Source of the DNA: Wolbachia endosymbiont strain TRS of Brugia malayi
GTDB lineage: Bacteria > Pseudomonadota > Alphaproteobacteria > Rickettsiales > Anaplasmataceae
Reading direction: 5' to 3'
NCBI RefSeq assembly: GCF_000008385.1
Contig: NC_006833.1
Coordinates: 900,001-932,000, forward strand
DNA length: 32,000 nt
A model generated the notes under the pieces. The model was not told the DNA's origin and did no database searches. It saw only the letters and a program-made list of their open reading frames with translations. How positions within the stretch are numbered: the first letter of the stretch is position 1; every line of letters begins with the position of its first letter. The position numbers and the translations under genes were made by a program. Below, in pieces: positions 21,440-30,993 of this stretch.

Positions 21440-22590
21440 TTATTCAACTTTTGTATCAGATTCATAGCTAGAATCATAACTTGAATCCCCGCTTTCATAC
21501 TTTTGTTTTATTTTTTTTACATTAAAGACAGCTCTCTAGTCTCAATTTTTCGATTACTAGTCTATCACTGATTTATTAGCCTATTAGGACTTTGTTCGTT
21601 TAGTTTCATTCATTCTTGCCATTCGTTTACTTTATCTTGCACTATCCCATGATAAGTCTCTGAATTAGTTTTTATATCTCTTGCTTTTCTCTCCGCCCTT
21701 TTTTGAACAAATCTACTTCAGCAAATAGGTTCTCTGATCAACTGTCCTAGCTCCTTCTGTTTTAAGCTAGCAGGCTTTTTTGCTCTAAAAGATCATCTAC
21801 AATGCAATAAGTAGGTTCTTCTAATATACTAAAATAACCGTTGTTTTCCAGTGACAAATTTTCAGTAGATTTTTATATGGATCATATACTTCAGCATAAG
21901 TAGACTCTCTTGATGTGTTGAAATAACCATACTTCTCCAATGAATTACTAACCTTAGAGTTATATACCTCAGCATAGATGGGCTATTTCAAAAGCAAAAC
22001 ATCATAGCCAGTGCTCTTTGGCTTGTAGTCAAAAGTTCTCGTGGCTTTAGGTAGTATCACATTACTAACTGAGTTAGCCTTGAGTTTCAACTTCACGGCT
22101 TCTTTAAACTTATTAAAATCTCCCTTTCTTCAAAAATCCTCAATATATTTCCCTTCTCTTTGTCATTTTTAGGCATTGCACTCATGCATTATTAATTTAC
22201 CAAGCATCAAACAACATTTTTCTCTATAGTTTTTGAGGTATTCTTTAGCTTGTACCGATATAGCCTCTTGCTCATAAGTAAGAGCTCTTTACATATTTAT
22301 AAATTTATATTTCTAATATCATCGCTGCCTATTGCATTAACATTAGCTGCCAGAGTTAATAAGTAATTCCATTACGTCATAATCAAAATTCTTTACTGAG
22401 TACTCTAAAGCACGGTTTAAAGCTTGACCGCATTTATGTTAAATAATCCTTGCATTGCTAAAAGGATTGACTTTCGAAAAGAGTTTTTTTTAAGATTATT
22501 TGTTACCCTATGAAGGCTTAAAGCTAGTTTAATAATTTTTATGTTACCATTTCTAGCAGATCTAATTAAAAAATTGTTTATTATGTCCAT
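21440..22590 (-). pseudogene. Remnant of ankyrin-repeat protein with C-terminal EPIYA-like tyrosine motif repeats (putative T4SS effector)
   Basis: Minus strand: start 'MDIINNFLIRSARNGNIKIIKLAL' (ATG at 22590); 'QALNRALEYSVKNFDYDVMELLINSG/ANVNA' (ankyrin); 'ALTYEQEAISVQAKEYLKNYREKCCLMLGKLIMHECNA'; 'GDFNKFKEAVKLKLKANSVSNVILPKATRTFDYKPKSTGYDVLLLK*PIYAEVYNSKVSNSLEKYGYFNTSRESTYAEVYDPYKN/STENLSLENNGYFSILEEPTYCIVDDLLEQK...LGQLIREPI/AEVDLFKKG'; terminal 'KQKYESGDSSYDSSYESDTKVE*'. Multiple stops and frameshifts. Confidence 0.7.
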
Positions 22591-22686
22591 GATTGTACTC
22601 TTCTATAAAGGTTCACTATCATTGTACAATTCTAACTATGACGATTTATTTTGTATTAATAGCAGCCCTTTACGTCCAGCAGCTCT

Positions 22687-23511
22687 CTACATCCACTTAA
22701 CAAGAGGTGGCATTGACATCATAATTGCATCTGGATTACCATCCGTCATTAAACCAAACTTTGTACCACGGTCATACAACAGATTGAATTCTACATACCT
22801 ACCGCGTTTTATTAATTGGGTCTCTCGTTGTTCTTTCGTCCAAGGCTTGCGCATATGTTGACGTATAATATGTAAATAAATTTTTAAAAAGGTTTCACCT
22901 ACTGCTTTTGTAAACTCAAAGTCATTTTCCCATCTACCGGAATTAAGATTATCGTAAAAGATTCCACCAATACCACGTGGCTCTTTTCTATGTTGTAAGA
23001 AAAAGTAGTTATCACACTGCTCCTTGAATTTTAGATAGTATTCAGCGTCAAATTTATCACATGTTGTTTTGATTGATTCATGAATGTACTTATAATCTTC
23101 CTCGTTTTTATATGTTGGAGTAAAGTCCATTCCTCCACCGAACCATTGTTTTGATGTATATATCAACCTTGTGTTCATATGTGCTGCAGGAACAAGGGGA
23201 GATTGCATGTGAGACACTAAAGATATACCACTTGCCCAAAACTCTCCATTACTCTCACTTGCACCAGGAATTTCATTTACAACTGAATCTGCAAATTTTC
23301 CATATACCTTTGAAATGTTTACTCCCACTTTTTCAAAGACGTCACCATAGATGATTGTAGATTCCCCACCTCCTCCACCTGGACGATCCCATTTTCTCTT
23401 TTCGATTTTTGGATCTGTAGGTGACTGCCCTTCAATTAACAAGAAAGACTCAACAACTCTGTCTCTTAGTGCACGGAACCATTCGAAAGCTTGTATTTTT
23501 TGTTCTTTCAT
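22687..23511 (-). CDS. hemF: Coproporphyrinogen III oxidase, oxygen-dependent
   Basis: 274-aa ORF: 'RKWDRPGGGGGESTIIYGDVFEKVGVN', 'PLVPAAHMNTRLIYTSKQWFGGGMDFTPTY', 'RGIGGIFYDNL', 'YVEFNLLYDRGTKFGL'. Confidence 0.96.
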   Translation of the reverse strand: MKEQKIQAFEWFRALRDRVVESFLLIEGQSPTDPKIEKRKWDRPGGGGGESTIIYGDVFEKVGVNISKVYGKFADSVVNEIPGASESNGEFWASGISLVSHMQSPLVPAAHMNTRLIYTSKQWFGGGMDFTPTYKNEEDYKYIHESIKTTCDKFDAEYYLKFKEQCDNYFFLQHRKEPRGIGGIFYDNLNSGRWENDFEFTKAVGETFLKIYLHIIRQHMRKPWTKEQRETQLIKRGRYVEFNLLYDRGTKFGLMTDGNPDAIMMSMPPLVKWM

Positions 23512-23624
23512 AATATTTTGCCACTAGTACCAATTTCAAGAGATTTAAATGGTAATTACCTATCAAAGATGTTAATAAATCTATAATAATTAAACAAATA
23601 TAATGAAATATTTTTACATGCACA

Positions 23625-26105
23625 ATGAGTAAAAGATATATAGATAGCAAGAAAGAGAACAGGGTTGACTTCATATTGAGGAATCATGGAATGTCAGTTA
23701 TCATTATGGCAGTTATTATGTTCTTACCTCCAGTAGCAATATCAGTACTCTACTTTTTTGATATATATGATCAGCACACTAATATAGAGATTAATCTATT
23801 GGTTAGCACTCTAGTGACTCTCTTTATAGTATATAATGTAAAACATTACAGATACTTGCTTAATATCATAGAATTTCAAAATGCAATATTTGCAAATGCA
23901 CTAAATCATAATACAGAATTTTGTCTTATTTTACACAAAAATGAAGATGTCGTTTATGCTGATGCGAGGTTCTACGAAAGGTTTAAAGATTACATAGATA
24001 ATGATGTTACACTAGGCAAGATTCTTGAAGTAGGGGATATTTCAGAAAAAGACAAAAAAGCATTATATCAAGCGCTAAAGAATAACTCTTCTGTACAGGT
24101 GCGCATTGTCTTAAGCAAGAAAAGTAGAATATCTAGCTTTCTTTTGCTTTGTGAACCAATACCAGATAATCCACAAATTGCTATAAACAGTAATAAGATC
24201 TTAAATTTATCATTAGCACCAATAGCAAGACCACATGGGTATTTCGTATTGAAAGCAACACAAATGAACAAAGAACAGGTATACGAAGAATTAATAGAAA
24301 AGCACAATATAGGAACTTATATTGCAAATACTAAGGGAATAATTTTATCTGTAAATAAAAGATTTTTAGACATGTTTGAATTGAAAAAACTTGAAAAAGG
24401 CAGTTCAATTAATGATTTCATATTTCAATCTAAGTATAACAATGTAGCAACTGATAATAACATTTTGTTTTTTACTGTAAATGGTGTTCCATTTAAGGCT
24501 TATATGAGCACTGCTATGTTTTGCGATAAACATCATCATAGCTATATATATGGCCTTATTACACCAGTTGAATCAAACGTTATTGATTACCAATTACACC
24601 CTTGTTTTGCAAATTCATCAATTGCTATTGCACAATGTGATGTAAATGGTAGTTTTATAAAGAAAAATACAGCGCTAATAAAACTTGCAGGGCCAGATAA
24701 TAGCTCAATATTTACACTGATATCTGATGACTATCATATGAAAATACGTGAATATTTCTTGAGTAACAGGATAAATAATGCGTCCTTTGATGTGCAGCTT
24801 AATAACAATGATAACATGAAAATATATTTCAATAAGTTTCTTCATAATAGAATGATGTTTATACTTTGTTATTTTGTTGATAATACTGAGCACAAAAACC
24901 TGGAGATAAAGCTTGAACATTATCAAAAAATGCAAGCCATAGGTCAATTAGCAGGTGGTATTGCACATGATTTCAACAATATACTAACTGGAATAATAGG
25001 ATTTTGCGATTTGCTTTTACTCCAGCATTCAGCTGGCGATCCATCTTTCGGAGATATAATACAAATACAGCAAAATGCAAAACGTGGATCAAATTTAGTT
25101 AAGCAATTGCTTGCTTTTTCAAGAAGGCAAACTATGCAACCAAAGATTATTGATGTAAATAGTACAATAGCTAATCTTTGTGAAATGATAAAAAGATTAA
25201 TAGGTGAAAACATAAAATTTACTACTTATTATGGTAGAGATTTAGGTATGGTTAGGGCTGACCAAGGACAATTAGAGCAAGTTATACTTAACTTAGCAGT
25301 CAATGCTAGCGCTGCTATGGAAAAAGGAGGAGAGCTAACTATACGAACTTTTAATAAAAAGATTGATTCATTAAATTCTACACCTCAGGGTATGTTTTCT
25401 CCAGACAAGGAAGCGATTGAACATGGAAATTATGTTATGATTGAAGTAATTGATACGGGATGTGGTATGGTGAGTGATACAGTTGAAAAAGTATTTGATC
25501 CATTTTTTTCTACCAAAGATATTACCTCTGGTACAGGTCTTGGTCTCTCTACTGTATATGGTATTATTAAACAAACTGAGGGGTATATCTATGTTGCCAG
25601 TGAAGTAAATTGTGGAACTAAATTTAGCATATTTTTGCCTATGGTTTACATATCAGATGAGAATCATAGAGAGAAGGGTAGTGAAGAAATAGAGAAACCA
25701 GTAGTAAATGAAGTGAAAGATAATGGTATAATTTTATTAATTGAAGATGAAGACTCAGTAAGGGAGTTCATTACTAAGGCACTAAAAAGAAAAGGATTTG
25801 ATGTAATAGAAGCTAGTATGGGCAGCAAAGCGTTAGAAATAATAAGTAAAAAAAATCAACATATAGATCTAATAATCACCGATGTAATAATGCCAGAAGT
25901 CAGCGGTCCAGAGATAGTCAAAGAAGCTCTAATTCACAGGCCGGATATCAACGTTATTTTTATTTCTGGATACACAGAAGATGCGTTTTTGAAAAACGAT
26001 AACATTAATATAGAAGATTTTCACTTTTTACCAAAGCCATTTACTCTAAGTGAATTAGGAAATAAAGTTCAAAGTGTACTACATAAAGCAAAAAAAGCGG
26101 TTTAA
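23625..26105 (+). CDS. cckA: Hybrid sensor histidine kinase/receiver, CckA-like (2 TM, PAS, HisKA, HATPase, REC)
   Basis: 826-aa ORF: 'YQKMQAIGQLAGGIAHDFNNILTGIIGFCDLLL' (H-box), 'LEQVILNLAVNASAAM' (N-box), 'DTGCGM', 'GTGLGLSTVYGIIKQ', receiver 'IILLIEDEDSVREFITKAL...LIITDVIMPEVSGPEI'. Confidence 0.85.
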   Translation: MSKRYIDSKKENRVDFILRNHGMSVIIMAVIMFLPPVAISVLYFFDIYDQHTNIEINLLVSTLVTLFIVYNVKHYRYLLNIIEFQNAIFANALNHNTEFCLILHKNEDVVYADARFYERFKDYIDNDVTLGKILEVGDISEKDKKALYQALKNNSSVQVRIVLSKKSRISSFLLLCEPIPDNPQIAINSNKILNLSLAPIARPHGYFVLKATQMNKEQVYEELIEKHNIGTYIANTKGIILSVNKRFLDMFELKKLEKGSSINDFIFQSKYNNVATDNNILFFTVNGVPFKAYMSTAMFCDKHHHSYIYGLITPVESNVIDYQLHPCFANSSIAIAQCDVNGSFIKKNTALIKLAGPDNSSIFTLISDDYHMKIREYFLSNRINNASFDVQLNNNDNMKIYFNKFLHNRMMFILCYFVDNTEHKNLEIKLEHYQKMQAIGQLAGGIAHDFNNILTGIIGFCDLLLLQHSAGDPSFGDIIQIQQNAKRGSNLVKQLLAFSRRQTMQPKIIDVNSTIANLCEMIKRLIGENIKFTTYYGRDLGMVRADQGQLEQVILNLAVNASAAMEKGGELTIRTFNKKIDSLNSTPQGMFSPDKEAIEHGNYVMIEVIDTGCGMVSDTVEKVFDPFFSTKDITSGTGLGLSTVYGIIKQTEGYIYVASEVNCGTKFSIFLPMVYISDENHREKGSEEIEKPVVNEVKDNGIILLIEDEDSVREFITKALKRKGFDVIEASMGSKALEIISKKNQHIDLIITDVIMPEVSGPEIVKEALIHRPDINVIFISGYTEDAFLKNDNINIEDFHFLPKPFTLSELGNKVQSVLHKAKKAV

Positions 26106-26185
26106 TTTTAGGCACAAAAAAATTTTCTAATGCAAAAGTTTTTAGCATATATATATAGAGTTATTCTACACATAAGACAAAGGAC

Positions 26186-27029
26186 GTGAGCAAGGTTATT
26201 GCAATAGTAAATCAAAAGGGTGGAGTTGGCAAAACTATAACTAGTATAAATTTATCGACAGCTTTTGCTGCTGTAGGAAAAAGTACTTTATTGGTAGATT
26301 TTGATCCTTAAGGAAATGCTAATACTAGTTAGTGAATTTCTTATCGTAGTAGAGAAGAGAAAAATATATATAAAATATTACTAAATAGCGAAAATAAACT
26401 CATAAGATCAGCAATTTTCAATATAAAGGAAATTCCAAATTCACCGCTAATTTCTTCAGTAATTGATCTACCGGCTGCAGAAATTGAATTATTACAACCT
26501 GAACGGGGAAAGTTTATGCTAAAGAATGCATTAGAGAAAATATGCGATGATTATGAGTACACAATTATTGATTACCCTCCATCACTTGGCTTGCTTACTA
26601 TCAATGCTTTGACGGTTGCTGATTCTATTATTGTTCCTCTTCAGTGTGAATTTTTGCTTTGGAGAGGCTAAGTCATTAGTTAAAACTGTAGAGCTAATAA
26701 TAAAGAAATAGCCTAAACCCTTTTCTAACATAGAGGAATCTTGCTAACAATGTATAACAGACGTAACAAACTTAGAGGACAGATTAAAGATGACATTTAT
26801 CAGTACCTAAATAATAAGGTGTATAAAAAACTATTATTCCGTTGTATGAGACTATCATTCTATGCAATGTAAGACTGTTAGAAGCGCACCTTCTCAAAGG
26901 AAGCTAGCCATTGTGTATGATCTTAAATGTTTTTGTGCGTAAGCATATATAGGTTTAGCAAAGGAAATTTTGAAAAAGCATGCTAGCAGCTGTAAAGAAA
27001 AGAATCTGGTAAGTAAGAATACAGCATGA
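26186..27029 (+). pseudogene. parA: Chromosome partitioning ATPase ParA, disrupted
   Basis: Starts 'VSKVIAIVNQKGGVGKTITSINLSTAFAAVGKSTLLVDFDP*GNANTS*' (intact Walker A, then stops); later 'LPAAEIELLQPERGKFMLKNALEKICDDYEYTIIDYPPSLGLLTINALTVADSIIVPLQCEF' and 'ILLTMYNRRNKLRGQIKDDIYQYLNNKVYKK...RSAPSQRKLAIVYDLKCFCA*AYIGLAKEILKKHA' in several frames. Confidence 0.9.
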
Positions 27030-27874
27030 AGGATGAAAAGAGCTCGGGCAGAGGTCTTGCTGGTCTTACAGGTGACAACTATGACAATAAAGAAGACCGA
27101 CAAGAGTATTTATCCATTTCATTACTGCACCCAAGCAAGTTTCAGCCAAGGAAATACTTTGATGAAGAATCATTGAAAGAACCTGCAAGTTCAATAGAGG
27201 AAAATGGCACAATACAGCCTATCGTGGTACGTAAAGGTTCAAATTTAAAGATAGCTATGAAATAAATAGCTGGGAAATGTTGTTGGTGAGCAGGCAAGAT
27301 TGCAAATCTCGATAGCGCTTCGGTTATTGTAAAAGATTTGAGTGATAAAGAATGCTTGGAATTATCCATTATTAAGAACATACAGAGGCAAGATATTAAC
27401 CCTATAGAAAAGGCGATCATATAGAAAATTAATAGGTAAATTTTTCTACACACATGAAGAACTAGCTCTAGCTACAGGCAAAAGCCGCAGTTATATAACC
27501 AATATGACTAAGATGTTGTCGCTTCCCAACAGTGTGAAAATGATGATCAACGAAAAAGTTGTCTATGGGTTATGCAAGAGCGCTAACTAATATTGAAAAT
27601 GCAGGAAGTATCACAGAAAAAATAGTTTCTCAGAGTTTGAGTGTTAGACAAACTAAAAAATTGATAAAAGACTTGCATTGAAATAGCAGCTAAAAAGAAC
27701 GAAAATACACTTAAAACCAAGACATAGGCAGTAGTAGAGGACGCTATATCTTCTCAGAGCTTGGTTTAAAGATCAAAATTAATAATAATAATTCCAAGGG
27801 GAAAGTTATGATACAATAATCCAAATGAATTAGATTTAACACCAAAAATTTTGAATAGAAAACTTGAGGTATAG
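27026..27874 (+). pseudogene. parB: Chromosome partitioning protein ParB, disrupted
   Basis: 'MKDEKSSGRGLAGLTGDNYDNKEDRQEYLSISLLHPSKFQPRKYFDEESLKEPASSIEENGTIQPIVVRKG' then shifts/stops through 'LSDKECLELSIIKNIQRQDINPIEKAII*', 'ARALTNIENAGSITEKIVSQSLSVRQTKKLIKDLH*' and C-terminal 'LGLKIKINNNNSKGKVMI/YNNPNELDL'. Confidence 0.9.
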
Positions 27875-28188
27875 CTGCCAGCAGAGCAAAATATAATATA
27901 GAATACAACTGTTGATGTCACCCAAGCAAGCTCATAGAAATGCAAAAAATACTTAATAAACTTTGCCAGCTCTATTATTATCAATAATAAAGTTGTTTCA
28001 TAATTTAAAGCCTATCGGAAGTCAAAGTCTAGAGTGGTATATTTTTTAGTGTGTGCACTTAATTTCTAGGGTGTTTTTGTTGTATTCTTTCTGAACTTTT
28101 TCTATAGTAAAGTTGTTTGCCTAATGTCATGAATTGTGCCTACTAAGCGCTAAAAAACATTAAAAAATGCTAACATTATAAAACAGAT

Positions 28189-28264
28189 AGTAAATAACCA
28201 GCTAACAGGGAATCTTTTGCCTTTTTTTATTTGGTAAGTTTCTTAATATTTATAGCCAGTTGCA
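28189..28264. repeat. Dispersed ~75 bp repeat, copy B
   Basis: AGTAAATAACCAGCTAACAGGGAATCTTTTGCCTTTTTTTATTTGGTAAGTTTCTTAATATTTATA aligns with 16263-16337 with small gaps. Confidence 0.55.
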
Positions 28265-28562
28265 ATTCATGAAGCCAAGTAGCTCTGTAAAAATAATTTA
28301 TTTTTGTAAAACACAATAAATAATATAATTTCACTACTTAGCACTGAAATCCAGAAATCTTATCTGTATATCATCTATTTTTGTGGAAATACTATAAACA
28401 CTGAAAGTGGCTGAATCTGCTACTTTCAAGTGAAAGAAACCTCAACAGAGGTTTATGATGTAATAAAAAATAGTGCTTAAAAGAAGCACTATTTTTTACC
28501 CTACTGTCTCAATCATTAGGAATATTGTCCTGCTGCATTACGTTTTGTGCCTCTAATGGTTT

Positions 28563-28892
28563 CTATGGCTTTACATTACCATTTTCGCAAGTCACACCAG
28601 CGTTTGGCATTATTTTTGAAACAACTATAGGAGCACCAAAAAACACAGCAGTAAATGCACCGAGTGCAAAAAGAGCTGGCCACGGCATTCTACCAAATAT
28701 TGCAAGCAAAGCTGCACCTATTATTACTATTGTTATCATCGGTCCACCTATGCCATGGGCATAGCCTATTATCTTACATATCACTATTGATGTTGTATCA
28801 TTTGTATCAACAAAATTATTAGTAGAAGGAGGAGCACCTGCATTAAATGCAAAGAAGATGGTCAAAGCCACAAGTAGAAAAAATTTTTTCAT
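28563..28892 (-). CDS. virB2: VirB2-like T4SS pilin/TrbC-family protein
   Basis: 109-aa ORF with signal-peptide-like N-terminus 'MKKFFLLVALTIFFAFNAGA' and 'VICKIIGYAHGIGGPMITIVIIGAALLAIFGRMPWPALFALGAFTAVFFGAPIVVSKI', the two-TM VirB2/TrbC layout. Confidence 0.8.
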   Translation of the reverse strand: MKKFFLLVALTIFFAFNAGAPPSTNNFVDTNDTTSIVICKIIGYAHGIGGPMITIVIIGAALLAIFGRMPWPALFALGAFTAVFFGAPIVVSKIMPNAGVTCENGNVKP

Positions 28893-29019
28893 TACATCTC
28901 CAATAGTTTTTACTTTATCCTACTTTACTTCAATTAAATTTAAGTAAATGATACTAGAAATATCATTTGCCCAAAACTTTTTTGAGGCCTGTCTTTAATT
29001 TGCAGAACTTAGAAGTTTC

Positions 29020-29335
29020 TATTTACATGCTATTGCATTTGTTTTATTGCCTTTACAGCTGTAGGAGCTCTGAAAAATATGGCAGTAAATATACCAAGTG
29101 CAAAAAGAGCTAGCCACGGCATTCTATCAAATATTGCAAGCAATGTTGCACCTATTATTACTATTGTTACAATCGGTCTACCTATGCTGTGAGTACAGTC
29201 TATTACTTTTTACATATTACTGTTGATGTTTCATCCTTTGGTACAGCAGGAGAAGTGCACGTCATACACTCGTATCAAAAGCAAAGGAGAAAATTAGAGC
29301 TATAAACAAAAGAATTTTTCACTATACCTCCAATA
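29020..29335 (-). pseudogene. Second, frameshifted VirB2-like copy
   Basis: Minus strand: 'LIFSFAFDTSV*...TSPAVPKDETSTVICKK/IDCTHSIGRPIVTIVIIGATLLAIFDRMPWLALFALGIFTAIFFRAPTAVKAIK', clearly homologous to the 28563-28892 product but broken by stops and frameshifts. Confidence 0.85.
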
Positions 29336-29500
29336 ATTTTTATACTAGATTTTCTCTTACATTTATTAAATTTTAGCAAAGGTAAGAAGTTAGTAGATTG
29401 ATCACATTATCAATTTGACTTTGGCGTGCAGTGCTTCATTTTATTTAACCAAATTAATTGAGTCAAGCTATAGAATCTGTTAAAGTTAATTTTATAAAAT

Positions 29501-29575
29501 GCACCCTTAGCTCAGTTGGATTAGAGCATTTGACTACGGATCAAAAGGTCGGGCGTTCAAGTCGCTCAGGGTGCA
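29501..29575 (+). tRNA. tRNA-Arg (ACG)
   Basis: GCACCCTTAGCTCAGTTGGATTAGAGCATTTGACTACGGATCAAAAGGTCGGGCGTTCAAGTCGCTCAGGGTGCA: acceptor GCACCCT/AGGGTGC, anticodon stem TTTGA/TCAAA, anticodon ACG; CCA not encoded. Confidence 0.93.
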
Positions 29576-29612
29576 CAAATATCAATACAGATACAGAAAA
29601 TATGAGTGAGAT

Positions 29613-30989
29613 CTAATCCACCCTCAATTCCTCGGCATGCAAACTGCGTGGCAAAGACTCTAGTTCCTTTGCAACGTTCAATTCTTTGTTTTTTGTATAT
29701 ATACCAAGTTTATTGAATTCTCGGGCAGCAGGAAACACTCTTGTTTCAAGTGAACCAGCAGTTTTATTATAATGATCAACGGCACTCTTTAAGCTCTTGC
29801 GTAAATTATCAAAGTTTTCACCCATTGTACAGATTCGCTCATATAAAATGTGGCCTAGCTCACTGATTTTTTTCGCACTTTCAGCTATCATTTCTTGCTT
29901 CCACCCGTATGCTATTGCCCTAAGTAGAGCAATTAAAGTGATTGGTGTTGCAATAATCACTTTTTTTTCTACTCCAATCTCTATCAAAGCAGGCTCATAC
30001 TCTAGTGCTGCACTGAAAACCCCTTCTCCTGTGAGAAAAAGAACTACAAGTTCTGGTGTATTTTCAAATTGATTCCAATACTCTTTTCTACCCAGATCAT
30101 TTATATGCTTTTTTATTGCCAAGGAATGATCCTTTAATTTTTCCTTTTGTATCCGTAAGTCATTTTGTGATACAGCATCAAGATAAGAATCGAGCGGCAC
30201 TTTAGCATCTATTATTATTTGCTTTCCAGATGGCATTTTGATTATTAAATCAGGACGCAGTAAATTATCCTTATTTTTATCAATCACTGATGGCTGGGTA
30301 AAAAAATCGCAATATTCAACCATTCCTGCCATTTCTACCACTCTTCTTAGCTGTATTTCACCCCATTTCCCTCTAATATGAGGCTTCCCTAAAGCATTAG
30401 CAAGGCTAGAAGTTTGGTTCATTAATGCTCCAATTTGCTCTTTTAAACCTTCATAAGCCCCTACTCTCTCTTTTTCCAGTTCGCGTATTTCACTATCAAA
30501 TTTTTCCAGTTTTTCTTTTATCGGAGTTACAACTTCGTTAATCGTTGCTTGCCTTTTCTTGAAATTACTTTCTGTCTCTTTTAATTTACTATCGATTACT
30601 TCCTTCGCCAAGTTCAGAAAATTATTGTTATTTGTCTGCAAAGCATCAAGAGAAAGTGCTTTAAAGGTGTTTGTTAGTCTCTCCTCAGCTTTTGCTAGTA
30701 ATTCTATTTCCTTTTTCTTCTCCTCACGTTCTTTTTGCAGAGTTACTTCAAGTTCTGCATTGCTCACTTTTAAATCTACTATTTCTTTGTCCTTACCCTG
30801 CAAGATCTGTCTTGTTTCTTGAAGCTCACGCTCCAATTTAAATAAATTACCCTCAAGATTTGCCGATTTTATTTTTTCTCCGCTCAGTTTTTTATTCTTT
30901 CTTACAATGATGCAGAGAAACAATAATAAAAAGAGGCCAAAAGCGATAGAATTGAAAAGCATCAGAATACAAAAAAAAATCGTACTCAC
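29613..30989 (-). CDS. rmuC: DNA recombination protein RmuC homolog
   Basis: 458-aa ORF: N-terminal TM, long coiled coil, '[29 protein letters not shown]', '[29 protein letters not shown]', '[19 protein letters not shown]', '[21 protein letters not shown]'. Confidence 0.95.
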   Translation of the reverse strand: MSTIFFCILMLFNSIAFGLFLLLFLCIIVRKNKKLSGEKIKSANLEGNLFKLERELQETRQILQGKDKEIVDLKVSNAELEVTLQKEREEKKKEIELLAKAEERLTNTFKALSLDALQTNNNNFLNLAKEVIDSKLKETESNFKKRQATINEVVTPIKEKLEKFDSEIRELEKERVGAYEGLKEQIGALMNQTSSLANALGKPHIRGKWGEIQLRRVVEMAGMVEYCDFFTQPSVIDKNKDNLLRPDLIIKMPSGKQIIIDAKVPLDSYLDAVSQNDLRIQKEKLKDHSLAIKKHINDLGRKEYWNQFENTPELVVLFLTGEGVFSAALEYEPALIEIGVEKKVIIATPITLIALLRAIAYGWKQEMIAESAKKISELGHILYERICTMGENFDNLRKSLKSAVDHYNKTAGSLETRVFPAAREFNKLGIYTKNKELNVAKELESLPRSLHAEELRVD

Positions 30990-30993
30990 AATA

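Noticed and set aside
22541-22861. 106-aa plus-strand ORF
   Set aside because: Antisense to the hemF 3' end and the ankyrin/EPIYA remnant; minus-strand content explains it.
27766-27984. 72-aa minus-strand ORF
   Set aside because: Overlaps the recognisable ParB C-terminus on the other strand; likely chance.
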